A stretch of DNA of 64,000 nt. Origin: Podospora anserina (Eukaryota). Location of the stretch: the NCBI GenBank assembly GCA_017654855.1, contig CM030338.1, positions 1,736,001 through 1,800,000 of the forward strand, written 5' to 3'. Each line of letters begins with the position of its first letter. Within the stretch, counting starts at the first letter, position 1. The notes under the pieces were generated by a model. It did not search any database, was not told the origin of the DNA, and was given only the letters and a program-made list of their open reading frames with translations. Positions 12,058 through 24,486 of this stretch are shown here, piece by piece. The position numbers and the translations under genes were made by a program.

Positions 12058-14400
12058 TCGCCCTCGCTCACTCACACACATATACATACACAACACGAAA
12101 GTCTCGGTTGTCCACCTATTCTAGTGTGTTTTGGGTGGTATAAACTGGGTTTCTTCTCACTTAACTGGCTCCTGGCTTTTATGTTTTATTGCGGTGCGGG
12201 GGTTAAATGTTTGTTTTATTGCAAAAAAAGATCTTTTTTTTTGGCTCTTGACGAAACTAACTTGAGGGCCCGAGGGACAGGATTGTATAGGTAGGGAGGG
12301 AGGGGAGATAGGAAGGGAACGGGGTTGGGGTAGTGGTGGTGTTAGAGAACGAAGGAAGGAAGGGGGAGAAGTTGAGAGTGGTGGTGTTTGGGATGGGTTA
12401 TGGTGTGGGGGAAAAAGAAGAACTTTTTGTCGTTGGTGGGAGGGGGGGAATCCCCAAGGGTGTTCTTTTCCTGATTATCTTTTTATTTTTCTTATTTTTG
12501 TTGGTCTTTTTTTATCTTACAACTTACTGTGTCCCCTTTCTTCTACAACTTTGCTAACTAACCACACTTAACACACATTACCACCACTTGATATTTTTTT
12601 TCTCTTGCACCATAGTTCTTGGCGGGGTTTGTTCTTTTTTTTTTTTGTAAACTTTTTTGTTTTGTTTGAGTTTTGTATGGGGAGGATTGGGGAGGGCGGG
12701 AGGAGGGAGGAGGGCGTGGAGAGGAAACGTGGTGGGCGCGGAATGGGTGGGATTGTAGTAGATCAATGGATGTTTTAAACTAATGATGGGTTGATGCGTA
12801 TGAAGTTGTGTGTGCTGATGCTTACATTCGGGAAAGCACTGTGGTTGTCTTTTTTGCTCTGGCGTAAACGTTCTGGAAACCTGGTGGGTAAGTACTACGA
12901 ACATTTTCGCCATAAAAGTGCAGTCTGATGGGGAGGAGCAGAGATACTAGTTCAACAACACTCCCAGGACGTCGTTCTAGATGAGAGAGACGAAAAGGAG
13001 AGAGTTGATGTTGGCGAGATCCTGTGAGCATGGACAACAAACCACAAAACAAACGGAGTAAAGGAAGAAAAAGCAAAAGAGGGACGAGTGTTTGATCGGC
13101 AACAACCTGCCCTGTGTTTTATAGCACCATCCCACTGTTTTGTCGAGTATGCCTAGGTATGAAAGGTGGTGAATGCTGGACTGATACGGTCCCCTCCACC
13201 AGGATAATAATGAGGAGATAGCAATGAGACAAAAACTGAATCTCTTGGAGGATTATGGCTTCCGACGGGGGGTATCGTTGGATATCTACGTACCTTGCTT
13301 ATTAAGCTCGTTTTCCCCTGCTGGGTCCAATACCTAGCTAGATGCATAAAGCCCTGAGATTTCAGTCATTTCTGGTAGAGGATTTATCTACTTGTTATTT
13401 TCAGTATTTCTTTTCTGGCAACAGGAGACTGTGTGTTGGGGTCTATGTCTTGGCGTTGTGCTTCAACGGATCTCTAGCTTTATGCTCAATCCACGACCCT
13501 TTCGAGATATTGAGCGCCTTTCCAGGTCGTTCAACATCTCCTGGGGACGTATTAGCTCTCTTGTCATAAATACTCGAACAATGCGTACCGTAGCCACCTA
13601 GGTACCTAGGTACCCTGGTATGGTTATCAATTATCTACTTGCTTTGCGGTACCACCATTCTTGACCAAATTGTAGTTGAGTACTCGACTCGGGAGATCCC
13701 AGCCTCGCTCTGCGTAAACACTGGGCTTGTCAATGCAGAAGGTAAACGAAGCCCACGAGATATGCCTATGGCTCGTTGTATGGTAGTAATAAGCTGGCCA
13801 TCGATTTTGTCGTGGTGTTTTAATGTCGTGCTTTCACCAGCTTGAGGCACTATTGAATATAGAACTAGCTTGTAACCATCTTTGGGAAGTTAGACCGAGG
13901 TGCCTGCATAGATCTGACCAAGCTCGTACGAATGTTTGCTGGGAATATTGAAATGATGGTACGGGGCCTTGAGGTGCTGGGGCAAGATGGGCATTAGGAC
14001 AAGACCGTGACCTCATATTATTTGGCGATGTGGAAGTCTTTTATGGGATATAATGACTTTGTGATGAGAAGATTGCCAACTACATGAGATTGTTTACTCT
14101 CAGTGCTTACACATGAGAGTGGAAACTAAGGCATGGAAGAATACTTGGTCTTAATGCGGTCTTATTAGAGGCGATGTACTTTTGCGAAATAACTGCCACT
14201 GGCTTGGAAGCTTCAGCATAGGGTGTGCAGTTCCTGGTCAGCCGTTATCAGGGTGTCCCAGCCTAGGAATAGATCCCTTCCAAGACACGGCGTTCACCGA
14301 TGGCAAACTTGATTCAAACAGCTCAAGAACCTGATCGTTCTTGCGAGCTGGCTGATGTCATGTGGGGGCATGTCTATCCTTCATGCCTTGATGTTCTTCC

Positions 14401-15311
14401 GCGACGAAGATCCTGCCCGAGGTCCATGGAGATAGGTATCTGACGCCCGCCCAACTGTTTGAGATAGACTCAAGGAAACGATACTGTAGATCGGCGCTTT
14501 ACAGTCCCTATTGTCATGATGCGGGTGGTTTGGGTATGACTAACACGGACTCCGAGAACGAACCGTGTTAAGTTGTCCCGTTCTTGAGATTTTCAGGATC
14601 ATGCACTACATATACCACAAGAAGCCTGAGCGTCGGGACTCGACAGACATCTACCAACCTTCTCGCCGTGTCCGGCCTGTGCGCTGAGCACATTCATCCG
14701 TAGGACCGCAGAATCCAATAACTCCTTTTAGATACAGGGAAGGTGACATGATCCTTATGCAGGTACTATCGAGACGTGCTTAGGCCCGGTGCGAAACCAT
14801 ACGGGCGGTGACGCTCAGGGCCACGGCATCGGTGGTCTCGGAGGCTTCACGTCTCGAAATGGAAGGCTTCTGGAAGGAAGGAAAAAATCAGACAGGGTGG
14901 AAACACGCTAAACCTGATTTCTGGATAAACCCCACTCTCCTGCATCGTGCGGACTGGGGTCTGGGGAAACAAGGGCAAGCAAAAAAAGTGAAACACAGCA
15001 TGAAACGTGTGCGATGGAGATCTGGCCAGGAACAGGACGTTGATCTGATTTTTGCCGGCTACCGATGGCGAAGAGTTCGTACTCGGCGCCGAGATCTTGC
15101 CTCGTATGAGATCATTCATTCGGCTGATGAGGAAGCAAACTGTTGGGCAGTGAGTAGTAGTGTTATAGTGAACATGACGTTTGATTTGGTTGTTCGGAGG
15201 AACCATAGAGCCTTGAACAGTGTTCTTCCGTGTTTGATGTATTGTATGGAGCACAGGAGGAGGATTCAGGATCCTCGCCCTCGGGTTCTCCTTGAGGGAG
15301 TGTGGAAATAA
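14401..15311 (+). pseudogene. Probable decayed gene, possibly with a BTB/POZ domain
   Basis: Broken frames read ILPEVHGD...AQLFEIDSR...SPY..., then (after a frameshift) VLEIFRIMHYIYHKKP. Stops at about 14569 (TAA), 14685 (TGA) and 14781 (TAG) precede the 14808-15311 ORF. The pattern loosely resembles the fungal BTB N-terminus (L.VG....F.VDSR....SPYF...F.ILMHIIH). Confidence 0.3.
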
Positions 15312-16471
15312 TATGCATGAAGCTCAGCCTCAGCAATGCAGAAATTCCCACAGATCGGAAATCTTTGAATGCCGTCGAAATCCCTGGAATCCTCGGCATG
15401 GGGTCGCACGTTCTGGCCCTACACACTAACCTCCACGAGGGTGGTTTGTTCTGCCGAAAGATGCTGCGCTTTGCTCCCCAAACCCCCTCAATTCAAGTCA
15501 CTAGCAATGTGCTTCTCACCGACTCGTTACTTGTAGGCGAGGCCGGTACGTTCTCCATATCGCCAATGTTCGATTGGCCGCTTGAAACAGGAACCAGGAG
15601 GGCTGAAGATGCTTGAACTCTTACCATATAATAGCGATTATCTAAGATTATCTAACAGCTCCATCTCGCTCAGAATCAGAACTCACAAACAATTGTTGTT
15701 GGCCCTTGGCCGTTCAACATTCAGCGTCGTGCCCCTCCAAGCCTCTCTCACGCCACGTTTGTAAAATTCCGCGCCGTCAAGCAAATCTCCCGTGGGAAGA
15801 GACTGAGAGGCTGGAATGAGGTGTAGCTGAATCCTCGAAATCCTTTTTCGTCCTTTCTCGTTGGGCTGTCAATCCCTGTCGACCACGCGACGAGTGCAGG
15901 GCGCGAAGCCCGTGCAGCCCCTGCCTCAACCCCTTGCCGATCCCACTTGTGAGGTGGTTCCCACTTCCAGCAACCGCTGATGTTTGCCCAGCCTTTGAGC
16001 ATCTTTCCCTTCTCCCGTCGCCTTCTGGAACTCTCGCTGCCTGCTTTTTCTGACACGGCGCACCCTCTCACCTCCACTCCAGCGACCGATCCCACGCTCG
16101 GCATCCATTGCCTCCCATCCTGACGTTGCATTCGGCCGCCGCGTGGTTTGATACCCAAAAACTATCGTCTGCAACCGGCTATTCTCCCCCAGCGAACTGG
16201 CCTTCCCATCACACGACCCTGTTTTTCGCCCATAGCATTCAAGAACACAGTCACACAAACTTCCCGTGCCGTGATAGGATATTCGATTAGCGACACCGCG
16301 GCCCCTGTCGAATACCGGACTCGCCGTACACAGCAGCCGCCTGCCCTACCTGTCAACACGCAGTCCTTCCCGCTCCCCTGAAACCTGGCCGTCATTGCTC
16401 AGGCTGTCCCGAATATTAATTCACCACACCCCGCGCTCACACGTCCTTCGCTCCCCCCCTTCTAGCCCACC

Positions 16472-17384
16472 ATGTCGAACCCTACACCGGCCCAAGAAGA
16501 ATTCGCTGCCTTTCTCGACAAGAATAGCCGTGATTCACTGGACGGAATACACCCCGAAGACAGAGCGAGTGCTGCTAGAGAGGCAGCTGACCACAGCGAA
16601 GACGAGGAGGAACTGTATCGCGCGCAGAAAATCGACGAAGCCATGAGGATGCCTACTATGGACTCTCGCACAGCGTTGCGCCTCCCACCAACGTCGTTCG
16701 ACGACGGCCATTCTACTGGTGTGAAGGGTGTGATTGCCGACGCAAGATCATACGAGAATGCGCGGCAACGGACCTGGAAGGATAAGGCGCGCGCTGTTCG
16801 CCGAAGTGTCTTTGGTCTCGAAGGAGGCAGGCACAGCGGGACCGACAGCGACGCAAGCGGAGCTGAGGACGCCGATGAGGAAGAGTTCTTGAACCGCTGG
16901 CGGGAAAGCAGAAAGAGAGAGCTGGAGGAGGAGAGCAGGAATCCTGTGCGGAACAGGAGGACAAGCCCAAGCGTCAGGATGTATGGCCGTTTCGAGGAGG
17001 TTGATGCTCTTGGCTATCTGGACTCGATAGAAAAGGTTGGGAGGGAAACAGTTGTTGTGGTGTTTGTCTATGACCATCAGGTTTGTTTGAACCGTCGTCG
17101 TGCTGGATAAAAGCTTGTGCTAACTCAATAACCAGAGCGAAGTATCAGCGGCAATCGAATCAGCCCTCGTCCCCCTCGTCTCAACACATCCCACTGTTCG
17201 GTTTGTCAAAGTACACTACGAGGAAATCGAATTCGACAACGCCGGTGTACCGGCGGTGTTGGCCTACCGCAACCAAGGCGACCTTTTTGCGAACCTGACT
17301 GGCATACTGGAGTTGATCCCAGATGAGGATGACTTCGACACGGATGCCCTCAAGAGGATCTTTACCAAGCACAACATTTTGTGA
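16472..17384 (+). CDS. Phosducin-like protein PhLP1 (G-beta-gamma co-chaperone; BDM-1/PhnA type), 2 exons
   Basis: Hallmark TGVKGVIADA motif, acidic EDADEEEFLNRWRESR helix, thioredoxin-like C-domain (VVVFVYDH..SEVSAAIE...FVKVHYEEIEFDNAGVPAVLAYRNQGDLFANL). Intron 17081-17135. Confidence 0.93.
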
Positions 17385-19421
17385 TTGCGTCGGGGCAGGT
17401 TTTCTTTTGTATGGTTTCCAGTTCGGTGTTGACACTGGGTCACGGTTTGCATGTTCATGTCTGGGTCACTTGGAAAATCCAAGTCAGGGAAAGGGTTGAG
17501 AGGCTTTTATTTTCACTTGGTGGCTGGGGCCACCTCAGAGGCGCGCCCGTCTTTTACTCTTACTGGTTTACACATGACGGTCATGTTGGGAAGATGCGAG
17601 ATATTATGAGATGACTACCAAAGATACCACGACCTCGAGGCTCCCCTTCAGGGTCGATCTTTTGCAAAATGATGGAATGGCATTTTTCAGTTTGGGTTAA
17701 ACTTCTTGCATTAGTCTCTTGGTCTCTCTGTATTTGAGCTGCTGTATTACTAGGAAGCGGGAGCGCCAGCAGGTCTCGCTGTGTGCAAGCGGATAGGCGC
17801 AGTCAGGTTGTATCACATATTGAAACTGAGGAACATCATCACCTTCACCATTGGCCTCCACCACTACAACCCCGCATCGGTACTGTACTGTGATTCCCCT
17901 CATTGCCATCTAACGTGATGCCAAGGTGTGATGTGGGGATGGGAGATTGATGTTGATAACGATGACGGTGGAGCGCTCGGTTTGAACTGATATGACGGCA
18001 GGGAGCAATCAACCGCGTTCATGAAAGTCGTGCCCGAGCATTGAAGTCGACGGAAAGGAGTGATGATTCATCTCCACTGAGTGATTTGTTGCCTGTGGCG
18101 TCAAATTCGATATCTGGCGAGCCTGTGATCCGGACACGACGGTCTGGCTTGGGGTTGACCTCGAATTTAGCTTTGGTTGGGTGAGGATTCGGCCCCACTG
18201 TCTGCGGTCATAGTGGGGACAACCATCGTGGAGCTTCTATCCCGGAGGGGGTCGTGTAAGTCGGTAGTTCAAAGAGCGAGAATGCATCTCTTGGTAGGAA
18301 TTTTGATTGCAGACTCGTTGTAAACAGTGGACCTTGAAGAGACAAACAGAGCTCTCAATAAAATTTGCCGCCTCATGGTGAGAATTTGGAGCCTTGGACA
18401 TGTCCAGCACCCCGACATGCTCCCCGTACCTTATTCCCTGAGCTTGGTCAAACCCCGCAATGAGCTAACAGCTTGATGAGGGGCAGGCCGCGTCTTGTGA
18501 TAGCCAGCGGCACCTCAACTTATAGGTAGGCTCCAACCCAGAGCAGTCTCGGGACAGACGAATTATGCAGCCCGAGGTGTAGGCACAGCTTATCTTCTCC
18601 TCATCTACCCATCCATTCTGGGCTATCCCACTCTGTCCCACGTTGTCGAGAGACCTGCGTTTGCTCTCCTCCACTCTCCCACTTCATCACCTGCCTCCTT
18701 CCATACCACTCTCTCTCTCTCTCTCACTCTCTGCTTCCCCCATCTAACAACAGCCGAATGCGACTTGTTGCTTTCCACTGGCGACCCGGACCAACACGCC
18801 CTGACTAGTCGTGTCGTGCTGTCCGTTTTCATTCGACTTCATTGTCGTCCTGACAGCTGCCACCAGGTCCCCCCGGAGCTCATTCACAGGCTGACACGAC
18901 TTGCCTCCTTCCCCACCTCGCAGCCCAGTGTAAGGCAGCTCTGGCCCGGGGCGCAGGCAGAAACCCAAACTGCGAACCGCAACAAAGTCTGGCTTTTTAG
19001 TGCCCCCAAGGAACCTTGAAAGAGCAAGGTGAAAGGAAACCGCAGTGTTGAATCAAAAGTTAGTTTAATTCACGCGTCTGAGTTTTGGGACGTCAAGTGG
19101 CCTTTTTCTTTCACGCCCGGCCCAGTTTCAGTCACCCACTCTCCGCCGTCTTCCGAGTGCTTCCTTGCCTGCCCTATTACTCTGCTTCACTTTCCTTCCT
19201 TCCGCATTGGACGCTCCCCCACCTTGAGCCTCGCCTCCCATACCCTGCCTGCCTGCCCCTCCCTCACTACACATCACCAACACTTACTTCAACTTCAACT
19301 TTTGGTCGGCTCTCAGTTTGCCTTCCTCGCTTGTTTTGTTTGCCTCGACTGTCCCCGCCAGCAGTCTCGGGTTCGGACGTCGGGTTATGACATTACCTGT
19401 GCAGGCTGACACACATCGTTC

Positions 19422-22130
19422 ATGATGGAACAGCAGACCATCGAATTCCCCCCATTTAACCCCGCCGTTGGCACCGAGACCAGAGACAACACTCGACCTA
19501 TCTTCAACACTTGCAGTTCTACGCCAGACGACGACCTCACACCATCGTCGCCGGCTCTTCGGTTCCCCAAACCTCAAGGCAGTCAAGATCTTGCCAACTG
19601 GATTTCCAGAAGCTCGCCCGACATCATGAAGGCAACCGCTTTAGAGCCGACCAATCTGGCCGACTCGGCCTATGAGATAATCAACCCCGCCGACACCACC
19701 GATTCCGAGAGCCAAGATGGCCGCTTGACCGAATCCACAAGCTCTCTCTGCGCTGGCCGGTCTGACGACGTCCATAGCTTGGGCGGCTCGGACCACCATT
19801 ATACGAGCGAGTCCGATGGTGAAGTGGAGGAGGAAGAAGATGTTGACGATGAAGAAGACGACGAGGAGGTCGGTAATTCTTCACATGCTTCCTCGATCAG
19901 GTATACGGATGAGGCGCTGGGGAACCCTTCTACACAGCTCCCCGCATCCGCACTGGAGTGTGGCTTGTCCTCTGAGGGGTCTGGTGTTGTCGTGCGGGCA
20001 ATCGAGTTTCAGGAGGACGATGGTGACGAGCCTCTGATGCTCGAGAAGATCTCGGCGAAGCATGCCGTGCGGGAGTATAATGAGGACGACTCGGCCTCTC
20101 TGGCAGCTCAACTAGATTTGTCGCAACACCCCAAGCGCCTTGTGGCCACTATTCGTCAGACTATGTCCCAGGCTCACCTTTCGACCAAGAAACCCCTTCG
20201 TGTCCTCTACGTGGGCCGACCTGAGGCTCAACGGGCTATCGTGCTCAAGACTTGCAATGCTATTTGGGCCTCCCCCAGTACCAGCGATGAGGATCAGGAT
20301 CACAGCAACCAAGACAGGGAAGGAGTCTACAATATTGTCCCCATTTCGTCTTTCGGTTCCTCACCCGAGCTTGATCTCATGCATGCCTCGCCGTGTCAAA
20401 TCAAAGTTGAGCACTGCACATCAGCTGAAGAGGTCATCTACGAGGGATCCTCGTTCCCCTCAGACACAGTGTACACCATTACCGTGGAGCACGACAAGGT
20501 ATACACGTCCATATCCTCGCCTGGCGGCAATGCCATCCAGCCTAGATACATTCTGCCACACATTGCCTTCTTTTATTGCAGCCAGAAAGACGACGCCGAG
20601 GCGGAGCGGACAAGAGACGCTGCTTGGAACTTCTTGAGGCGCCACCGCGTCCCGTCCATTTTTATCTCGGAAGCGCAGGAGTTTGCCAAGTGCAACACGG
20701 GCAGTTGGAATGATTATGTGAACGAGCATGCTATCCATCTTTGCTTGGAGTCTCGAGACCCCGACAGGCCACTGGCCCCCCTGCGCTTCCCCATTGACCT
20801 TGCATCATTCAACGATATCGACGCTCGCCAAATGAACCGCAACTTGGCCTATCTCACCGGACTGTCGGAGCCAGAGGAGGAATCGTTCATTGAAGTCGAG
20901 ACACCCAAGAAGAAGAACATGCCCCGGCTACAGATTGTGGAGGCTCTTGATGCAGCCAGGGATAGCTGGGCAAAGTTCGTGGAGCGCGGTGGTCCTCAAC
21001 GTCTTCTTCCTTTCCTCGTGCCCCTCTTTCTGGCTCTTTTCTCCCCCTACCTCATGTCACTTTTTGCTCGGGACCCATCGTCATCTGTCGCCCCATCCAC
21101 ACAAGTGCCACTTGCTGCCAACCTTGGCTCTACCCCAGTTTGCGCGGCTAGCCCCTTGTCGACAAAGAGCACTTCAGCTGGCGTGTTAACAACCACCAAG
21201 ACAGTTGTCGTTAGCCTCACGGAGACCAGGACTGTCGAAATCAGTCAAGCAGCACCACTAACTAGTTCTTTCGCGTCTGCTCTCTCCTATGCTGGCCTCT
21301 TGTCTGACCGGTCACTGGCTCCCGCTCAACCGGAGCCGCAAAAGCAGGAGACAAAGAAGTCAGCTCCTGTCAAGAATATTGCGCTTTCCGCCAGCATTGC
21401 CGGTGCCAGCGAGATTTTGGTGGGTGTTCCTTCGAATCACAAGGCTCGCCGCCTACTGCCAAATGGCATCAACCTCAATGTGTGCCGCGGCGGTGTCTGT
21501 CTTGAGAAAGACATCAGCTCCGTGGACCAAGGCCTCCTCATCAAGCTTCAACCAAAGGATGCCTGGGGCGCGGTCAATGTGACCATCGTCTCCACTCGGA
21601 AGCCTAAGATCAATGAAACCTTTGAGGTTGATCTGGGGAAGACTGGTATGGCGGACGCATTTGGGGCGGGCTTGCACATGTTGCAGGACGTGATGAAGAA
21701 GGTGTCCTCCGGTGTGGATGGTGCGACATCCCAGGTGGGTGAGGGAGCCGTCGCCAATGCTTTTAAGCATGCTTTGGAGGCTGGCAAATCTGCTGGGAGC
21801 TGGGCAAAGGAGCAGCTTACTTGGTCAGCAGGACAGCTCCAGGAACATGCCGAGTTGTCTGTCCTCCAAGCTCAAATCCGGTCGAAGCTTCTCTGGCTCA
21901 AGGCGCAGGGGAAGATGGAGGAACACGATGCCTACCAGCGAAACGCAACTCGCTTTCTCAAGATGAGGCAGGACGAGCTGGCTAGGGTCCAGGCCTTTGA
22001 GAAGGGCGCGTCTGGTACGGAAGTCTGTGGCAAGTCATGGTTGCCTTTCAAGAGCCGTTGTCAGACGGCAGGTCACATGGCTAAGGACATCAGCCGGGGC
22101 AACGGGTGGATGAAGAAGATTATGCGTTGA
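19422..22130 (+). CDS. Uncharacterised ~900 aa protein: acidic N-terminus, central globular domain, one predicted TM helix, S/T-rich stalk
   Basis: Long uninterrupted ORF with fungal codon bias and a hydrophobic stretch LLPFLVPLFLALFSPYLMSLF at about 21003-21065. The start is uncertain because a GCTGAC...CAG acceptor-like signal lies at 19406-19433. Confidence 0.8.
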   Translation: MMEQQTIEFPPFNPAVGTETRDNTRPIFNTCSSTPDDDLTPSSPALRFPKPQGSQDLANWISRSSPDIMKATALEPTNLADSAYEIINPADTTDSESQDGRLTESTSSLCAGRSDDVHSLGGSDHHYTSESDGEVEEEEDVDDEEDDEEVGNSSHASSIRYTDEALGNPSTQLPASALECGLSSEGSGVVVRAIEFQEDDGDEPLMLEKISAKHAVREYNEDDSASLAAQLDLSQHPKRLVATIRQTMSQAHLSTKKPLRVLYVGRPEAQRAIVLKTCNAIWASPSTSDEDQDHSNQDREGVYNIVPISSFGSSPELDLMHASPCQIKVEHCTSAEEVIYEGSSFPSDTVYTITVEHDKVYTSISSPGGNAIQPRYILPHIAFFYCSQKDDAEAERTRDAAWNFLRRHRVPSIFISEAQEFAKCNTGSWNDYVNEHAIHLCLESRDPDRPLAPLRFPIDLASFNDIDARQMNRNLAYLTGLSEPEEESFIEVETPKKKNMPRLQIVEALDAARDSWAKFVERGGPQRLLPFLVPLFLALFSPYLMSLFARDPSSSVAPSTQVPLAANLGSTPVCAASPLSTKSTSAGVLTTTKTVVVSLTETRTVEISQAAPLTSSFASALSYAGLLSDRSLAPAQPEPQKQETKKSAPVKNIALSASIAGASEILVGVPSNHKARRLLPNGINLNVCRGGVCLEKDISSVDQGLLIKLQPKDAWGAVNVTIVSTRKPKINETFEVDLGKTGMADAFGAGLHMLQDVMKKVSSGVDGATSQVGEGAVANAFKHALEAGKSAGSWAKEQLTWSAGQLQEHAELSVLQAQIRSKLLWLKAQGKMEEHDAYQRNATRFLKMRQDELARVQAFEKGASGTEVCGKSWLPFKSRCQTAGHMAKDISRGNGWMKKIMR

Positions 22131-23092
22131 ATAATAATATGGGAGGTTATTTTGTTTTTGTGTTTTTATTTTTTTTGGCTTCGCGATGGGACCGGCTGGG
22201 GTTACAGGACGGTAAACGGAAAGGGAGGAACATTCGCCTACCACCGGGCATATCGATATGGCATGGGAAACCAGACAGCTGGCGGTGAAGGGTTATTCGG
22301 GACGGGCGTTTTGAGGCTGCGTTGGTTTTTGATTTGTAGTTGGTTTGGCTATGCTTATGGACTTCACACTGTGTTTTACTTTTGTCTTTTTTTTCTGTTT
22401 CTACGTGGCCAGAGAGATAATGGAAAGCCATGATGATGATATCAGACAGCTTGCTTGCTTTGGCAGCTCATAGACCAATGCGTTGTTGTTGTTGTCTTAT
22501 ACCACACGTGAAAACGCAGTGTACTTGTAAGCTTTTGATTGTAAGATGGGTAGTGAAGTGCGTTGGGCATGGTGTCAGGCTGTTGATTGTGAACAGTTGA
22601 CTGCAACTTTGATATGTTCTTTGATAGATGGATCAAATGCCGGATTCAGGGGCTGCCTCAGGGGCTGTCGTTGTTGGGCTGGAACTCGGAACTTGTGCCA
22701 AGAGGTATATCATGGCCCCACCCTTCACTGACGCACGGGCCTTCACCACGATGAAGCCTAACCTGCATTTTGAACCAAGCAATTGCTACCCAATCAGCAG
22801 GTGAAAGCCCCACCGTTGTGAGAGGGGGAGGGGCAACAATCATCATTTTTCGGTCGGGTTCCATCTTTCCCAACCCCACGCTTGCCTGCTGCCTCGCACT
22901 GCTGCTGTGACTGTGACTGACTGAACTGAGCCTGAAGAGAGAGCTGCTCCAGCGGTTGCTCTGCCTGTGCCTCCCCAAGCTAAATTTACTAAAAAACCTA
23001 TCCACTTGTTTCCTTTCTGGACGGGCAACAGCCACCCACTTCTACCATTAACATCCTAAAAAGTCCACTCCAGCACCACCCCATCACATCAC

Positions 23093-23094
<2 letters not shown>

Positions 23095-23138
<44 letters not shown>
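23095..23138. repeat. (CT)17 followed by a (CG)n run upstream of the RanBP1 gene
   Basis: Read directly from the sequence. Confidence 0.85.
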
Positions 23139-23666
23139 TCTTGTGCAAAGCAGCTCGCGGATACCCAACATCTGGTACGTACACACATTTTCCATTGCCC
23201 CTCCTTTATTTTTGGTGTCGAAGGTCTTTGCCAGCATGAGAATGGGCCTTATCAACACGGCGGCATCGAGCGATCCAATGAATCTGGTGTTGCTTAGGGA
23301 AAATCGACCCCGCCTTGTTGCAAGATCGCGCGCGCCTTCGATGGATGGCGGGGGAGGGGAAAGCAACAACATGGGGAAGCATTTTTATGCTCTGCCCTCG
23401 GCAACCCTTGCGGTTACGATATCGAGTTGTCGACGTCGACGTCGGGTTACATTTTGGAATGGCTCTCCCAATATACTGCACTTCCGCTCATACGTGCCCG
23501 GCAAAGAACTTTCGCTCCGTGGCGGGGTCGTTCATCACAAATGTATCGATAAGCGCTGACGAGTATGCTGTGCTTTATCCAGATTATTAGCAGCTCTTTT
23601 TTTTCTTCTTTCCCTCCACATTTTTGTACCACGGTCAACTTCTACAAACCACCACAAACCGCAAAG

Positions 23667-24486
23667 ATGTCTGCCCCCGAGAGCGAGACCAAGCCCGTCG
23701 AGGAGGTTGCCGCCCCTGCCGCTGAGGAGCAGAAGCCCGTCACCTCTTCGTCTGTTTTCTCCATGTTTGGCGGCGGTGCCAAGAAGGAAAAGAAGGAGGA
23801 GGAGGACCGCGGTGACAACTCTGGCAGTGCCAAGGCCCAGCGCGAGGCTGCGGCTGCTGCTGCCGCCGATGAGGACCAGGCCCCCGAGTCGGAGGATGTC
23901 CATTTCGAGCCAGTCATCCGCCTGACCGAGAAGGTCGAGGTCAAGACCAACGAGGAGTCGGAGGAGCAGGTGTTCAAGATGCGCGCCAAGCTGTTCAAGT
24001 ATGTTGCTGAGACCCGCGAGTGGAAGGAGCGCGGGACTGGCGATGTCCGTCTGCTCAAGCACAAGGAGAATGGCAAGACCCGGTTGATCATGCGTCGTGA
24101 TCAGACCCTCAAGGTTTGCGCCAACCACTACAGTATGTTTTCCCCCTGAAGGCTATGTCTGTTGATTTTGGAGACTCACATGTGATGTAGTTGTGCCCGA
24201 GATGAAGCTTTCCCCCAACGTTGGCTCTGACCGCAGCTGGGTGTGGAACGCCTCCGCCGATGTCAGCGAGGGCGAGCCCGAGGCTGTCACTCTTGCCATC
24301 CGCTTCGCCAACTCGGACAATGCCAACCAGTTCAAGGATGCCTTCATCAAGGCCCAGAAGGAGAACGAGGCCCTGAGACTGGCTGCTGAGACCGCTGCCG
24401 AGAAGACTGAGAAGACCAAGGAGGAGACTAAGGAGGAGGCCAAGGAGGAGGCCAAGGAGGAGGAGAAGAAGGAGGAGACTGCCTAA
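23667..24486 (+). CDS. YRB1: Ran-binding protein 1 (RanBD), 2 exons
   Basis: [32 protein letters not shown]...[55 protein letters not shown]. Intron 24133-24190. Confidence 0.96.

Noticed and set aside
13150-15750. Spok meiotic-drive gene, het gene or Starship remnant
   Set aside because: No recognisable Spok, HET, NACHT or tyrosine-recombinase motifs in the ORF track or the frames I translated.
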